A stretch of 64,000 nt of DNA, taken from a virus. The notes beneath the pieces were generated by a model, which was given only the letters and a program-made list of their open reading frames with translations, made no database searches and had not been told where the DNA came from. A program made the position numbers and the translations under genes. Where the stretch lies: the IMG/VR virus record IMGVR_UViG_3300020421_000003. One strand, given 5' to 3'. Below are positions 21,248 to 29,613 of this stretch, piece after piece. The number at the start of each line of letters is the position of its first letter. Within the stretch, counting starts at the first letter, position 1.

Positions 21248-21781
21248 TTAGGATGATAGCACAGTCGGATGCCCAAAAGCAACCACTGAAGAGCATGGAT
21301 ATGAGAATCCAGGGAATCCGACACCTAGTGGATCTAGGATCCTCGCAACAGGAATCTTGAATGCAAACACAGTCAACGTAGTGGGGAAGAGGACTCTAGG
21401 GTGTCCGACACCACCCATATCCTCAATAGTCAGTGTGCTGCATGGGATGGGTGTAGGGATAGGACAAACACCCTTACCGCAAGGGCAGATGTAAATCACA
21501 ATATTTGTACACAACGCAATGTGTGGCGTGAATGTATCTCCACCGATCATGATAGGGATAAACTGCACAAGCACACACGCTCTTAGTGGGTTGACCGCTG
21601 AGAGTGGAATTAGAGGTGTGGGTGGCCACCAGCATGTAAAATTCTTAATGACGATGCTGTAGGGCACTGGAGGGGTGCCACACGCTTGTACTGAGTGGAT
21701 AGTGGATGGTAAGCAAAGACCATGCCCTGAGCAGGGCAGACCATTCAGTGATGCAACTGGTTTTAGAAATCCGTATGCCAT
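21248..21781 (-). CDS. PAAR-like spike tip protein (gp5.4-like), Cys-rich
   Basis: CSGHG near the N-terminus, GDTFTPH, and PVARILDPLG..CSSVVAFGHPTV at the C-terminus resemble PAAR repeats with His/Cys metal ligands. Confidence 0.7.
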   Translation of the reverse strand: MAYGFLKPVASLNGLPCSGHGLCLPSTIHSVQACGTPPVPYSIVIKNFTCWWPPTPLIPLSAVNPLRACVLVQFIPIMIGGDTFTPHIALCTNIVIYICPCGKGVCPIPTPIPCSTLTIEDMGGVGHPRVLFPTTLTVFAFKIPVARILDPLGVGFPGFSYPCSSVVAFGHPTVLSS

Positions 21782-24700
21782 TAAAATTCTTGGTTAATAT
21801 CTTTACCTGCAGTATCAGGTCTAGCAACATCACATTCAGAGAAGTATGGGTTGCCAAAGTTATTTAATGAGTTACTTAGTGCCTGGATACCGCCAGTCAA
21901 CCAATTCCTTACACGCATTGTGCCGCTATAAGATCCCATCTTGAATACCTTGTCGCCATCTGAGTTGGTATACATTCTTGATGGGTCAATAGCAATAGAC
22001 GCATCATTAACATTTTCCAAACCAGCAGCAGGAGGTCCACCAAAGATCCAAGCATAGTAACTCGTTGCAGCAGGTGTGCAGGTTGCACAGAATGGATTGA
22101 CTGGTCCTGTAGGACTATTCTGTACGGTGCCTACGCCTGGTCCTGTGATCTCCCAGAAGCGGTTTCCAGGGATTGGGTTACCCTCGCTATCATATCCACA
22201 ATAAACGTCTAGAGGGGCGTCTGAGGGCGCTCCTGTCTTCCTTGCATAGGTATCCCAGCACTCATGGTTAGGCACATTGGTAGAAGCGGGGTTAGGATTG
22301 CAATCCACACCAAATGCAGTGTATGTGCCGTTGCCAGAATACGATGTAGTTGTGCTACTTGTGGTCGATTCTCCAGTTTCAGGGTCTGTAGTGGTGGTAG
22401 ATGTAGTCTCATCCCATGACCAACCCACTGATGCGCCACCTGTGAGTGCTCCACCAGTCAAATTGTCACCCAACCAGAGCTGGAATTGCTCGTATTCACT
22501 AAAACCTAGACGGTTATAGTCAAAAGTGTTCTCATCTAGACCCACTGGGACGAAAATAATGTCATTTTGGTCGTTAGGATCGCGATAACAGCGCCCATCG
22601 ACCGCTCCATTGTTACAATTCCACGTTTTATAACCACCAGACACCTTTCTTCGCGCTGTTACCTTGGGTTTTTTGAAACTTTCCATGAAATCCATGAAAG
22701 CAGGACCCTGAGATCCCGTAACTTTGCCTTCAATCATGATTGATACGTTAAATTCTGCCTCTTTGATCTTAGAAGCGCAGTATTTGTAAGGCAAATAACC
22801 GAAAGCACGCTCATCAGTGAGGTTTCTACCCTTCTCAATCATGTCAAGAGTGGCAGATCCCCTCTCAGTGTTGCTAATGTACGCACATGGCATGTCAAAC
22901 CAGCGTTTAATGTTGTAAACCTTGGGTTGTCCCATGGTCAAACAGCGGTCTTTCTGGAAAGGACCGTAAACATGCGACACTGAGTCCTGATATTCGTCCA
23001 ATTCCATCACTGTTTTGTAGACATCAGGCATAACTTCCGACTCAAACTTGCGAATCTTGTCGTTAGTGCCACTCATGATCTGCCAGAAGTCCTCTTTAGG
23101 GATAGCATCGATCACATTACCGCGACCATTCACCTCCAAACAGTTAGGTGGGAGGTCAAAACACAGTTTTGTTTCGTTTTCTGTGTCAAGCTCCGCCATT
23201 CTGATGTAAGAATCGGGTGCTGCAGAGGCAATAGGGGTGCTCATAATGGTGAAACCCGTGTTTGCAACCTGATTAGGGGAGGTTGGAGACCCAACACCCG
23301 TAGTACCTAGACTCTGAAACTCAGTAGGTGCGCCTCTAAAGTCATTATCAGTGTTAGTATTGATCCATTCCGTAGGATCTTGCTGCTTACCAGTAGGTAA
23401 ACTACTATCAACGTTGGCAAACTGATCAGAAATACCCTGTCCTAGCGCAGCAATGTCCCCAATGTCGGGACTTTCATACTCAATAAACTCAGGATCGCTA
23501 ATAAACACGTCAGGTGGCTCTTCAGGATCGTATCCTGATCCAGGTTTGACCACTCTAACTCTCTTAATACCACCAATCTCGTCGAATGCAGCGATCTTTA
23601 ACTTGGCACCACGAAGTTTTACTCCAATATTATCGTGGTCAACAGGGAATTCTAGAGCTCCACTCGATGCACCAGACGCAACTTGCACATCTTTGATGGG
23701 ATCCTCCCCCGAAAATGAGGATTCTGTAAAACCAATTGCCCTATTCCAGTCATCATCCTTAAGGATTAGGTCTTCTAGTTGCTTTGTAGTGTCTGTAGCA
23801 GAGAAATTCTTGAGGACTTTAGGTGTAATTGCGGTAACCTTTGCGTTTTTAGAGTAACCACGTCCGCTATTAATGATAACAATCTCATCAATACCGCCTT
23901 TGTCATTGATAACTGCCTCAAGTTTCGCCTCATCCAGTGTACGATTGGGCACAAGTGCCTTAGGAGAGAGCTCAACCTTGTAGTATGCCACCTTTTTAGG
24001 GAATTCATACACTCCAGCAAACGCACATTTGTCTGCAATGCCGTATCCAGCAAGGATTTCGCACTGACCACCGTCTGTAGAAGTGAAATTCTGCTGATAA
24101 GTGAAGGCACTTCCGCTACCTTCCAACTCCATGATGCCACATTTGAGTTGATCACCGTAATAAAGGACGGAAACTATATTCCAACCGTTGATTTGCTCAC
24201 CTCTATTGAAGTCACCAGTCCTTGTTAGGTATCTAAACAGGACTTTAGTGCTGTCTGTGTCAATAGTTTCAAAGGATTCGTTAACTGCATTGGTAGATTC
24301 ATCAGTTAATACACACCTAGTCTTAGTAGTCTCCCATGAGTCTTCCCTAATTTTATAGAAGTGTGAGTAGAAATGCTCGTTAGGTAGGCATATAGGATTA
24401 CCCTCATCGTCATCAGCGTTAGGACAACACGGAATATCATTCAATGCATACTGGATACCGAAGAGAGGACCATTCCAAGGGTATGATGTGTCATACAAGT
24501 AGTAGTAAAACTGTGAGTCATACGAATCCTCAAACCCTAGGAAGCGTGGCACAGCACCTTTGATCGCTCCATTGAGTCCATACATCCACTCAAAGTTTGC
24601 TGCTTCACTTATCTTCTCTGCATTGTCAGGATTACCAAAACCAACAACACCAGGAGTGCTGGTTGCTCTGTAATATCCAGGTCTTGAGTAGGGACCATCC

Positions 24701-25587
24701 TCTTCAAATGCATACCAGGATGACTTGTCTACACACTGACCAGTAGGTCCTAACTTACCAACGTCTATAACACGCTCCTGTGGACTGTTAGGGGCGTCTG
24801 CAGGATACACATACCCAACGATACCCACATACTGATAATCCCTATCCATGGGTTTCTTACATGGGATAGGACTATCAACTAGATTAACTTCCTCTGCAGG
24901 GTTAATAGTATAGAAGTCATCGATATCTTTACCACTACCTGCACTGTAACTACCATAGCGGTAATGATACAGAGGCACAGCATCAGGTCCATACTCCTGT
25001 GCGTCAGATAGATTCGTGCAAATATACCCAATGGTATAGCACTCATAATATTTTCCTTTACCACAACCAGTGCTAACACCAGAAGGACTACCAGTGCTTA
25101 GAATAGTATTGTCAGGCCAATATGAATACCACACTTTGAGTGGCACACTATTCTCTCTCTGACGATCTAGACAGAAGAAGTATGGAGTGCCTTTCCTAGG
25201 CTCATGATTATATCCACTACCTGCTTTCTTCCAGGACTCATTCTCACATCCTAGATCTGCTTCAATTAGTGATGAATTCTTTGTATACTTATGATCACGC
25301 TTTGCACCACGATACCATCTGTATACTGGTGCTCGGGTATATCCGCAGTATGCTACACACGTCTCCTCTTGATCACCGATATAGTGTACAGCATCTTTAC
25401 CCAGAGGATAGGATCCAGGTCCGCTACCCTCAAAGGTAATAAAGTAATCTGTCCCGCTTCCAAGTCCATTACCTGACGAATGACTCTCATAGTCACCACT
25501 CGATGGTCTTTTCCAGGTTGTATTATACTCCTCTCCGTTAATAGGATTAGGAAAACTCCGAGCAGATTCTAGGAGATATGCTGGCAT
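21781..25587 (-). CDS. Large virion/baseplate-associated structural protein (1268 aa)
   Basis: N-terminal PVYRWY..DHKYT / VPLYHY..DDFYT repeats; INSGRGY and KPGSGYDPEEPP motifs shared with the giant ORF; TAATG-coupled to the PAAR-like gene. Confidence 0.75.
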   Translation of the reverse strand: MPAYLLESARSFPNPINGEEYNTTWKRPSSGDYESHSSGNGLGSGTDYFITFEGSGPGSYPLGKDAVHYIGDQEETCVAYCGYTRAPVYRWYRGAKRDHKYTKNSSLIEADLGCENESWKKAGSGYNHEPRKGTPYFFCLDRQRENSVPLKVWYSYWPDNTILSTGSPSGVSTGCGKGKYYECYTIGYICTNLSDAQEYGPDAVPLYHYRYGSYSAGSGKDIDDFYTINPAEEVNLVDSPIPCKKPMDRDYQYVGIVGYVYPADAPNSPQERVIDVGKLGPTGQCVDKSSWYAFEEDGPYSRPGYYRATSTPGVVGFGNPDNAEKISEAANFEWMYGLNGAIKGAVPRFLGFEDSYDSQFYYYLYDTSYPWNGPLFGIQYALNDIPCCPNADDDEGNPICLPNEHFYSHFYKIREDSWETTKTRCVLTDESTNAVNESFETIDTDSTKVLFRYLTRTGDFNRGEQINGWNIVSVLYYGDQLKCGIMELEGSGSAFTYQQNFTSTDGGQCEILAGYGIADKCAFAGVYEFPKKVAYYKVELSPKALVPNRTLDEAKLEAVINDKGGIDEIVIINSGRGYSKNAKVTAITPKVLKNFSATDTTKQLEDLILKDDDWNRAIGFTESSFSGEDPIKDVQVASGASSGALEFPVDHDNIGVKLRGAKLKIAAFDEIGGIKRVRVVKPGSGYDPEEPPDVFISDPEFIEYESPDIGDIAALGQGISDQFANVDSSLPTGKQQDPTEWINTNTDNDFRGAPTEFQSLGTTGVGSPTSPNQVANTGFTIMSTPIASAAPDSYIRMAELDTENETKLCFDLPPNCLEVNGRGNVIDAIPKEDFWQIMSGTNDKIRKFESEVMPDVYKTVMELDEYQDSVSHVYGPFQKDRCLTMGQPKVYNIKRWFDMPCAYISNTERGSATLDMIEKGRNLTDERAFGYLPYKYCASKIKEAEFNVSIMIEGKVTGSQGPAFMDFMESFKKPKVTARRKVSGGYKTWNCNNGAVDGRCYRDPNDQNDIIFVPVGLDENTFDYNRLGFSEYEQFQLWLGDNLTGGALTGGASVGWSWDETTSTTTTDPETGESTTSSTTTSYSGNGTYTAFGVDCNPNPASTNVPNHECWDTYARKTGAPSDAPLDVYCGYDSEGNPIPGNRFWEITGPGVGTVQNSPTGPVNPFCATCTPAATSYYAWIFGGPPAAGLENVNDASIAIDPSRMYTNSDGDKVFKMGSYSGTMRVRNWLTGGIQALSNSLNNFGNPYFSECDVARPDTAGKDINQEF

Positions 25588-25593
25588 TACGAA

Positions 25594-25836
25594 TCATTTG
25601 TCTTCCAAATTATTTAGACGGGTATATAGATCGTCAAATAACTCAGGTAAATTAGAATACTCTTCGTTGCCTGGTATCTTATATTTAATCATATCCGCAC
25701 CAGGAGGCGGAAACTTTTGTATTGCCTGCTCTAAGGCAGTTACGCGATTAGTCAGTTGGACTAACGCTTGGGATAGTTGCTCAAAACCCCAGTTGGTATA
25801 TTCTTCTAGGGTTTCAAACTTTGGATTTTCATTCAT
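25594..25836 (-). CDS. Hypothetical coiled-coil protein
   Basis: 80 aa with heptad pattern LSQALVQLTNRVTALEQAI. Confidence 0.7.
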   Translation of the reverse strand: MNENPKFETLEEYTNWGFEQLSQALVQLTNRVTALEQAIQKFPPPGADMIKYKIPGNEEYSNLPELFDDLYTRLNNLEDK

Positions 25837-25865
25837 AATGTTGGACGCGGTTTTTCGCGGATTTT

Positions 25866-26030
25866 TTAAGTCACTACTTTTGTCAAGATAATGGATCCGT
25901 CGATGTCTTCAGAGTATTCTAAGACATCTCCCACGTCCCACTGTGCTTCTTCAAGCAATTGATCAGGTAGTGTAACGAAGCACTCACCGTGCTCATCTAC
26001 CTCGACTTCTAGGACATAGCGTTTCGACAT
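25866..26030 (-). CDS. AbrB/MazE-like swapped-hairpin small protein (54 aa)
   Basis: Reads MSKRYVLEVEVDEHGECFVTLPDQLLEEAQWDVGDVLEYSEDIDGSIILTKVVT, matching the AbrB-type pattern G...vtLP......l....GD.l......g.iil. Not in the ORF track. Confidence 0.65.
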   Translation of the reverse strand: MSKRYVLEVEVDEHGECFVTLPDQLLEEAQWDVGDVLEYSEDIDGSIILTKVVT

Positions 26031-26050
26031 ACGTTAGTTGTTTCTACACC

Positions 26051-26533
26051 TTATGTAGACTTCTTGCGAATTGCGCCGATACAACTTGTATTCCAAATAC
26101 GATTACCATCTTTCTCTAGATCTACAATCATACTCGTAGCATCATATGGATGGTGTAGCATGAAACCATTACCTAGGTAAATCCCTCCATGATTCGGTGC
26201 TCTGCCCCGTGGTGCTGAGTATGATCCTCCTAATGGATTGGTATACAACCTAAACAGAATTACATCCTCAGGAAGGAGTGTAGAGAAGTCTGTCTCCTCT
26301 CCCCATTCACTCTCCCACAGTTTCTCTGCACCACCCTCTTCGATTGCTTCATCAGTAAAGGTGATAATCCCCCGTGCATTGAAGTCTGGTAGATCGTCAT
26401 CATGGATATACTTATAATACTTACGAATGATTTCATAACATCCGTAGATACGTCGTCCTGTCCAGGGCAATCCTATGAGATCACTGTATTGCTCTCTAAG
26501 GGCAATCATTTCTTCTTTGCGAGAAATACTCAT
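26051..26533 (-). CDS. NlpC/P60-family protein
   Basis: LIGLPW..GCYEII (catalytic Cys), DVILF, and NHGGIYLGNGFMLHH (catalytic His). Confidence 0.8.
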   Translation of the reverse strand: MSISRKEEMIALREQYSDLIGLPWTGRRIYGCYEIIRKYYKYIHDDDLPDFNARGIITFTDEAIEEGGAEKLWESEWGEETDFSTLLPEDVILFRLYTNPLGGSYSAPRGRAPNHGGIYLGNGFMLHHPYDATSMIVDLEKDGNRIWNTSCIGAIRKKST

Positions 26534-26697
26534 GTTTTGGTAGTCTTGTTTGTAAGTTTGGCGAGAAGCGCCTTAGCGGCGATCCTAGCGGTCTCTGAGA
26601 GTGATTCCCAGATATAATTCAACTGTGCTCTCAAAGGGGTTGAGAGAGTAAAATTATACTGGGAATTTTTTTGTGTAGGGGGGACCCGAAGTTTCAT
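26530..26697 (-). CDS. Small hypothetical protein (55 aa)
   Basis: Reads MKLRVPPTQKNSQY...LNYIWESLSETARIAAKALLAK; ATGA overlap with the NlpC gene. Confidence 0.45.
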   Translation of the reverse strand: MKLRVPPTQKNSQYNFTLSTPLRAQLNYIWESLSETARIAAKALLAKLTNKTTKT

Positions 26698-26804
26698 TTT
26701 GATTAATATAGAGCTTTCGGATAGTTACTTTTGTAGGTTAGGGACTTAAGCGTTTTTAATATACCCGCTTCGCGGTAACACAAACCATGCACAAAAACAC
26801 TGTC

Positions 26805-27011
26805 CTAAGTGTCTCCTACCTCTACATCATAGCACATACCCTCAGCAATGCAATAGTCACAGAATTGTTGATACTGTCGCAGGTCATCATCTAGATCTAA
26901 ATCTATTAACTCCTGTGCCAGTTGTACTTGCTCAGATGGTGGTAGTTGTCCCTCATCGTATAACTCTAGAAGCATCTCTAGTTTATTAGATAGGGATGAT
27001 GATTGTTTCAT
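26805..27011 (-). CDS. Hypothetical acidic protein
   Basis: 68-aa ORF, ATGA-coupled to the upstream micro-ORF. Confidence 0.7.
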   Translation of the reverse strand: MKQSSSLSNKLEMLLELYDEGQLPPSEQVQLAQELIDLDLDDDLRQYQQFCDYCIAEGMCYDVEVGDT

Positions 27012-27175
27012 AGTTGTGCTGAGAATGTGCGTGCGTCGTTAACTGCTTGCTGCTGACTCTTAAACGGACCATTCTTAGGACAACCCTCGTAATCGTATCG
27101 CCAAAAGTAACGCTTACTCTTCTCCCATAGTTTTACCTCTACAGGGGGATTGGTGTCGAGTGTGATGCTTTTCAT
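27008..27175 (-). CDS. Small hypothetical protein (55 aa)
   Basis: Reads MKSITLDTNPPVEVKLWEKSKRYFWRYDYEGCPKNGPFKSQQQAVNDARTFSAQL; ATGA overlaps at both ends. Confidence 0.7.
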   Translation of the reverse strand: MKSITLDTNPPVEVKLWEKSKRYFWRYDYEGCPKNGPFKSQQQAVNDARTFSAQL

Positions 27176-27279
27176 TGGTCTGTGTAGGTGTCAGATAGGG
27201 TGTCTTCAGTTAAGTCATCATACTCGGGGAATTCATCCTCTAGCATGTCATCAATCCAATCGTTGTCGATGTCATTCAT
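27172..27279 (-). CDS. Very acidic 35-aa peptide
   Basis: Reads MNDIDNDWIDDMLEDEFPEYDDLTEDTLSDTYTDQ; ATGA overlaps at both ends. Confidence 0.6.
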   Translation of the reverse strand: MNDIDNDWIDDMLEDEFPEYDDLTEDTLSDTYTDQ

Positions 27280-27464
27280 GAGTTGTAATCCTCTGGGCGT
27301 TGTTGGGCATTAGGGGGCGATGGGCGTTGATACTTTCCTGTGGATTCATCTGTGGAAAACTCATCGCTCACTGTGCGATTAGTCTTTGAATACTGTCTCT
27401 TTTCTCTGATAGATTTGGGGCGTCGTGAGTTGTGCAGGTCGTTGCGTTTGTAGGTCCTTCCCAT
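27276..27464 (-). CDS. Small basic protein
   Basis: 62 aa with Arg/Lys-rich N-terminus; first gene after a sigma70-type promoter. Confidence 0.65.
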   Translation of the reverse strand: MGRTYKRNDLHNSRRPKSIREKRQYSKTNRTVSDEFSTDESTGKYQRPSPPNAQQRPEDYNS

Positions 27465-27504
27465 TGTCAGCAGATCAAAAGTGTCCTTGGTTAACTACTC
27501 AACC

Positions 27505-27533
27505 AATATAGAATCGATTGGCATGATTGTCAA
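27505..27533 (-). promoter_or_regulatory. sigma70-type early promoter
   Basis: TTGACA (27533-27528), 17-nt spacer, TATATT (27510-27505), ~40 nt upstream of the ATG at 27464. Confidence 0.75.
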
Positions 27534-27570
27534 GTGGTCTGTGTGGGTTTGTGTTGTGTCCTCATAGTAT

Positions 27571-27599
27571 TTGACAAAAAAATGTCGTTGTGCTACGGT
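27571..27599 (+). promoter_or_regulatory. Possible divergent sigma70-type promoter
   Basis: TTGACA (27571-27576), 17-nt spacer, TACGGT preceded by TG (extended -10 like). Points at the DnaA-box cluster; no plus-strand gene follows. Confidence 0.4.
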
Positions 27600-27660
27600 C
27601 TTAGGTAACAATAACTCCGTAGATATAATTCTCGGAGGTATATTTATTAAGACATTTTAA

Positions 27661-27703
27661 TTATCCACAGGAAATGCGGAAACTGTGGAAATCGTGTGGA
27701 AAA
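27661..27703. promoter_or_regulatory. DnaA-box cluster
   Basis: TTATCCACA (+, 27661-27669). On the minus strand GTTTCCGCA (27675-27683), ATTTCCACA (27684-27692) and TTTTCCACA (27695-27703). A further TTTTCCACA lies at 27351-27359. An AT-rich stretch spans 27639-27660. Confidence 0.6.
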
Positions 27704-27706
27704 CTA

Positions 27707-28333
27707 TTAGATTGGGACAACATTAGCAGTGATAGTGATACGTTGATCTGAAGGGTTAGAGTCATACCCGTGAGTGATATTAGAGGGATAGATTAATATG
27801 TCTCCCTCTGACTGTTGGAATGTTGCTTCTGTCATATTGTAGGGAGATAACTCTTTTGTATCTAGTTGAATGACTGGGTAAAAATGTGATGCAACGTTTC
27901 GTCTCCACTTCATATAAGCGTGTTGTTTCTCATCATAGTTAACAAGGTAGGTGAGAGAGTAGAGGCAATTAGAATGCTCATGAGGAGCATAGATTGCGTC
28001 TTTGTTTGCAATTTCAAGGTAGGAATCAGAGAAGGCAAAGGAGGTGTTATATTTGAGGGAGTTGTCGTTATGTAGTGTGACAGCGTTGATTAATAGTTGG
28101 GCAAGATCGGGGATGTCATTAATTAGTTTGTTATTTGCCCCTACTTGTAAGACATTGTGACAGATTGCATTTCTGTTGTGATCTTGTTGAATTTCTTGAG
28201 TACTCATCCAAGTGAGTATTTGTTGTTTAATGTCCTCATGATTAGTAACAGAATAACGGGTGATAGGGATTGGAAAGAGACCGTAAGTTTCTTGTGTTAC
28301 TTTATTATCGAGAGAATCAGAGAGGGATGTCAT
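27707..28333 (-). CDS. Fe(II)/2-oxoglutarate oxygenase (HxH type, TIGR02466-like)
   Basis: LFPIPI N-terminus, PHEHSN, EGDILIYPSNITHG, RITITAN. Confidence 0.85.
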   Translation of the reverse strand: MTSLSDSLDNKVTQETYGLFPIPITRYSVTNHEDIKQQILTWMSTQEIQQDHNRNAICHNVLQVGANNKLINDIPDLAQLLINAVTLHNDNSLKYNTSFAFSDSYLEIANKDAIYAPHEHSNCLYSLTYLVNYDEKQHAYMKWRRNVASHFYPVIQLDTKELSPYNMTEATFQQSEGDILIYPSNITHGYDSNPSDQRITITANVVPI

Positions 28334-28513
28334 TTAATGAGGTGTCAGTAATGCGTATTTAGTGTAGTGAGTAGTGCCTCTTATTTGTCGTTTAGGAGAT
28401 TGTTTGATTCTTAATGACATAGAGGGGAATTGATGAAATTGAGAGATTAGAGCGATCGGGATAGATTCTTGTGAGAGGTGTGAAGAATGTCCAGATGTGA
28501 TCAACGTAAGTTG

Positions 28514-28642
28514 TTATTGACATAAGTCCTCAAAGCGTTTAATAGTGATCAATTCTTGTGATTCAGGTGAAAGAGTAGGGAAATCTTCTTGCACCTCTTC
28601 AAAGATAGATTCTAGGATTGATTCGTTATTGATGTTTGACAT
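28514..28642 (-). CDS. Small acidic hypothetical protein (42 aa)
   Basis: Reads MSNINNESILESIFEEVQEDFPTLSPESQELITIKRFEDLCQ; TAATG overlap with the upstream gene. Confidence 0.6.
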   Translation of the reverse strand: MSNINNESILESIFEEVQEDFPTLSPESQELITIKRFEDLCQ

Positions 28643-28968
28643 TATTCTGCGAAGGTGTAACCGTTAGCGAAAGAAACGGTTTGATTGTTGTCACGCACAA
28701 ACCACTGATAATTCTTTTGAAATACTCCATCAGTCGCAGCATTACAGAAACGATCGATGAGAGCGTTAAGGCGTGATTTGGTGGTTACAGTCTGCCAACC
28801 GCCATCAAAGATGCGAAGGAAGTCATCACCGATCTCAGCGATCTTGTTGCCATGAAGTCTCACGATTGAGAGATTTTCTTCTTCATTGAAATGAACTGTG
28901 GTGTTGCCTGATGTCCAGTTAGTGGAGTTGGCAACCGCTTGATTCATTTGAGTTTCGATCTTACGCAT
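28642..28968 (-). CDS. Conserved early hypothetical phage protein
   Basis: 108 aa with VRLHGNKIA..DGGWQTVTTKSRLNA motif; first gene behind a promoter cassette. Confidence 0.8.
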   Translation of the reverse strand: MRKIETQMNQAVANSTNWTSGNTTVHFNEEENLSIVRLHGNKIAEIGDDFLRIFDGGWQTVTTKSRLNALIDRFCNAATDGVFQKNYQWFVRDNNQTVSFANGYTFAE

Positions 28969-29023
28969 GAGTCTGAATTTAGGTGAGTTGTGAGAGGCGG
29001 TCTTCTGTGCCCCTCGTTGTTTT

Positions 29024-29093
29024 AATTATAGAGCATGAGCGCACCCCTGTGAAGGGGTTAACCGTATTTTGGGTACAGTTGTTACACTGTCAC
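29024..29093 (-). promoter_or_regulatory. Early promoter cassette copy 1
   Basis: TGTGACAGTGTAACAACTGTACCCAAAAT, hairpin ACCCC-TTCACA-GGGGT (29043-29058), then TATAAT. Confidence 0.65.
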
Positions 29094-29094
29094 A

Positions 29095-29613
29095 TTACAT
29101 CTTGTTTATGTAATTCATTATGAAATGATGCTTATCCTCGAAGAAATTACGATTTGGTGTTGCTATCAGTGGCAGGCGTAAGAATTGATCAGGCAAAGGA
29201 TTAGCAGAGGCAGTGATAGTGCTACCCTGTATTTTCACGTTATAGAGTTGATGACCATGACACCATGCGATCTTCATGTTTCTGTAATCAGTGAAGAGAT
29301 AGTAATCAGCAGCGTGAAATCTATCTAATGATGGTGCTCCATATCCATTCGCTACGATCACACCACGCACTGCATTCACTCCTTTATTCTTGAATGTGAT
29401 GCCTTTAGATTCGTAGGTCTTAGAGTCCTCAGCACCCAATAGATCAACGCCTTTCTTGTTAACTCTGATCAATTGATCATCACTGAATTCTTGCCATGCA
29501 AACTCAATCATTCTGCCTAAGTCGAAATACTCAGTGGGATCAGTATTACCGCTCAATGTATGCATCAAGCGGGTCATTCTGTCTATCTGGAAGCGAGAGA
29601 AATCAATCATCAA
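29095..29613 (-). CDS. Putative PD-(D/E)XK nuclease-like protein
   Basis: GRMIE...KGVDL..KTYESK arrangement fits an E..D..ExK active site; ATGA-coupled to the helicase. Confidence 0.45.
   Translation of the reverse strand: MMIDFSRFQIDRMTRLMHTLSGNTDPTEYFDLGRMIEFAWQEFSDDQLIRVNKKGVDLLGAEDSKTYESKGITFKNKGVNAVRGVIVANGYGAPSLDRFHAADYYLFTDYRNMKIAWCHGHQLYNVKIQGSTITASANPLPDQFLRLPLIATPNRNFFEDKHHFIMNYINKM

Noticed and set aside
26700-27705. tRNA or known riboswitch in intergenic gaps
   Set aside because: No cloverleaf, T-loop GTTCRA with a matching acceptor stem, or recognisable aptamer core was seen by eye; a tRNAscan/Rfam run would be needed to exclude these formally.
28392-28523. Possible 43-aa ORF MSITTYVDHIWTFF
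   Set aside because: Lies in strongly skewed low-complexity DNA with no motif support; too weak to call.
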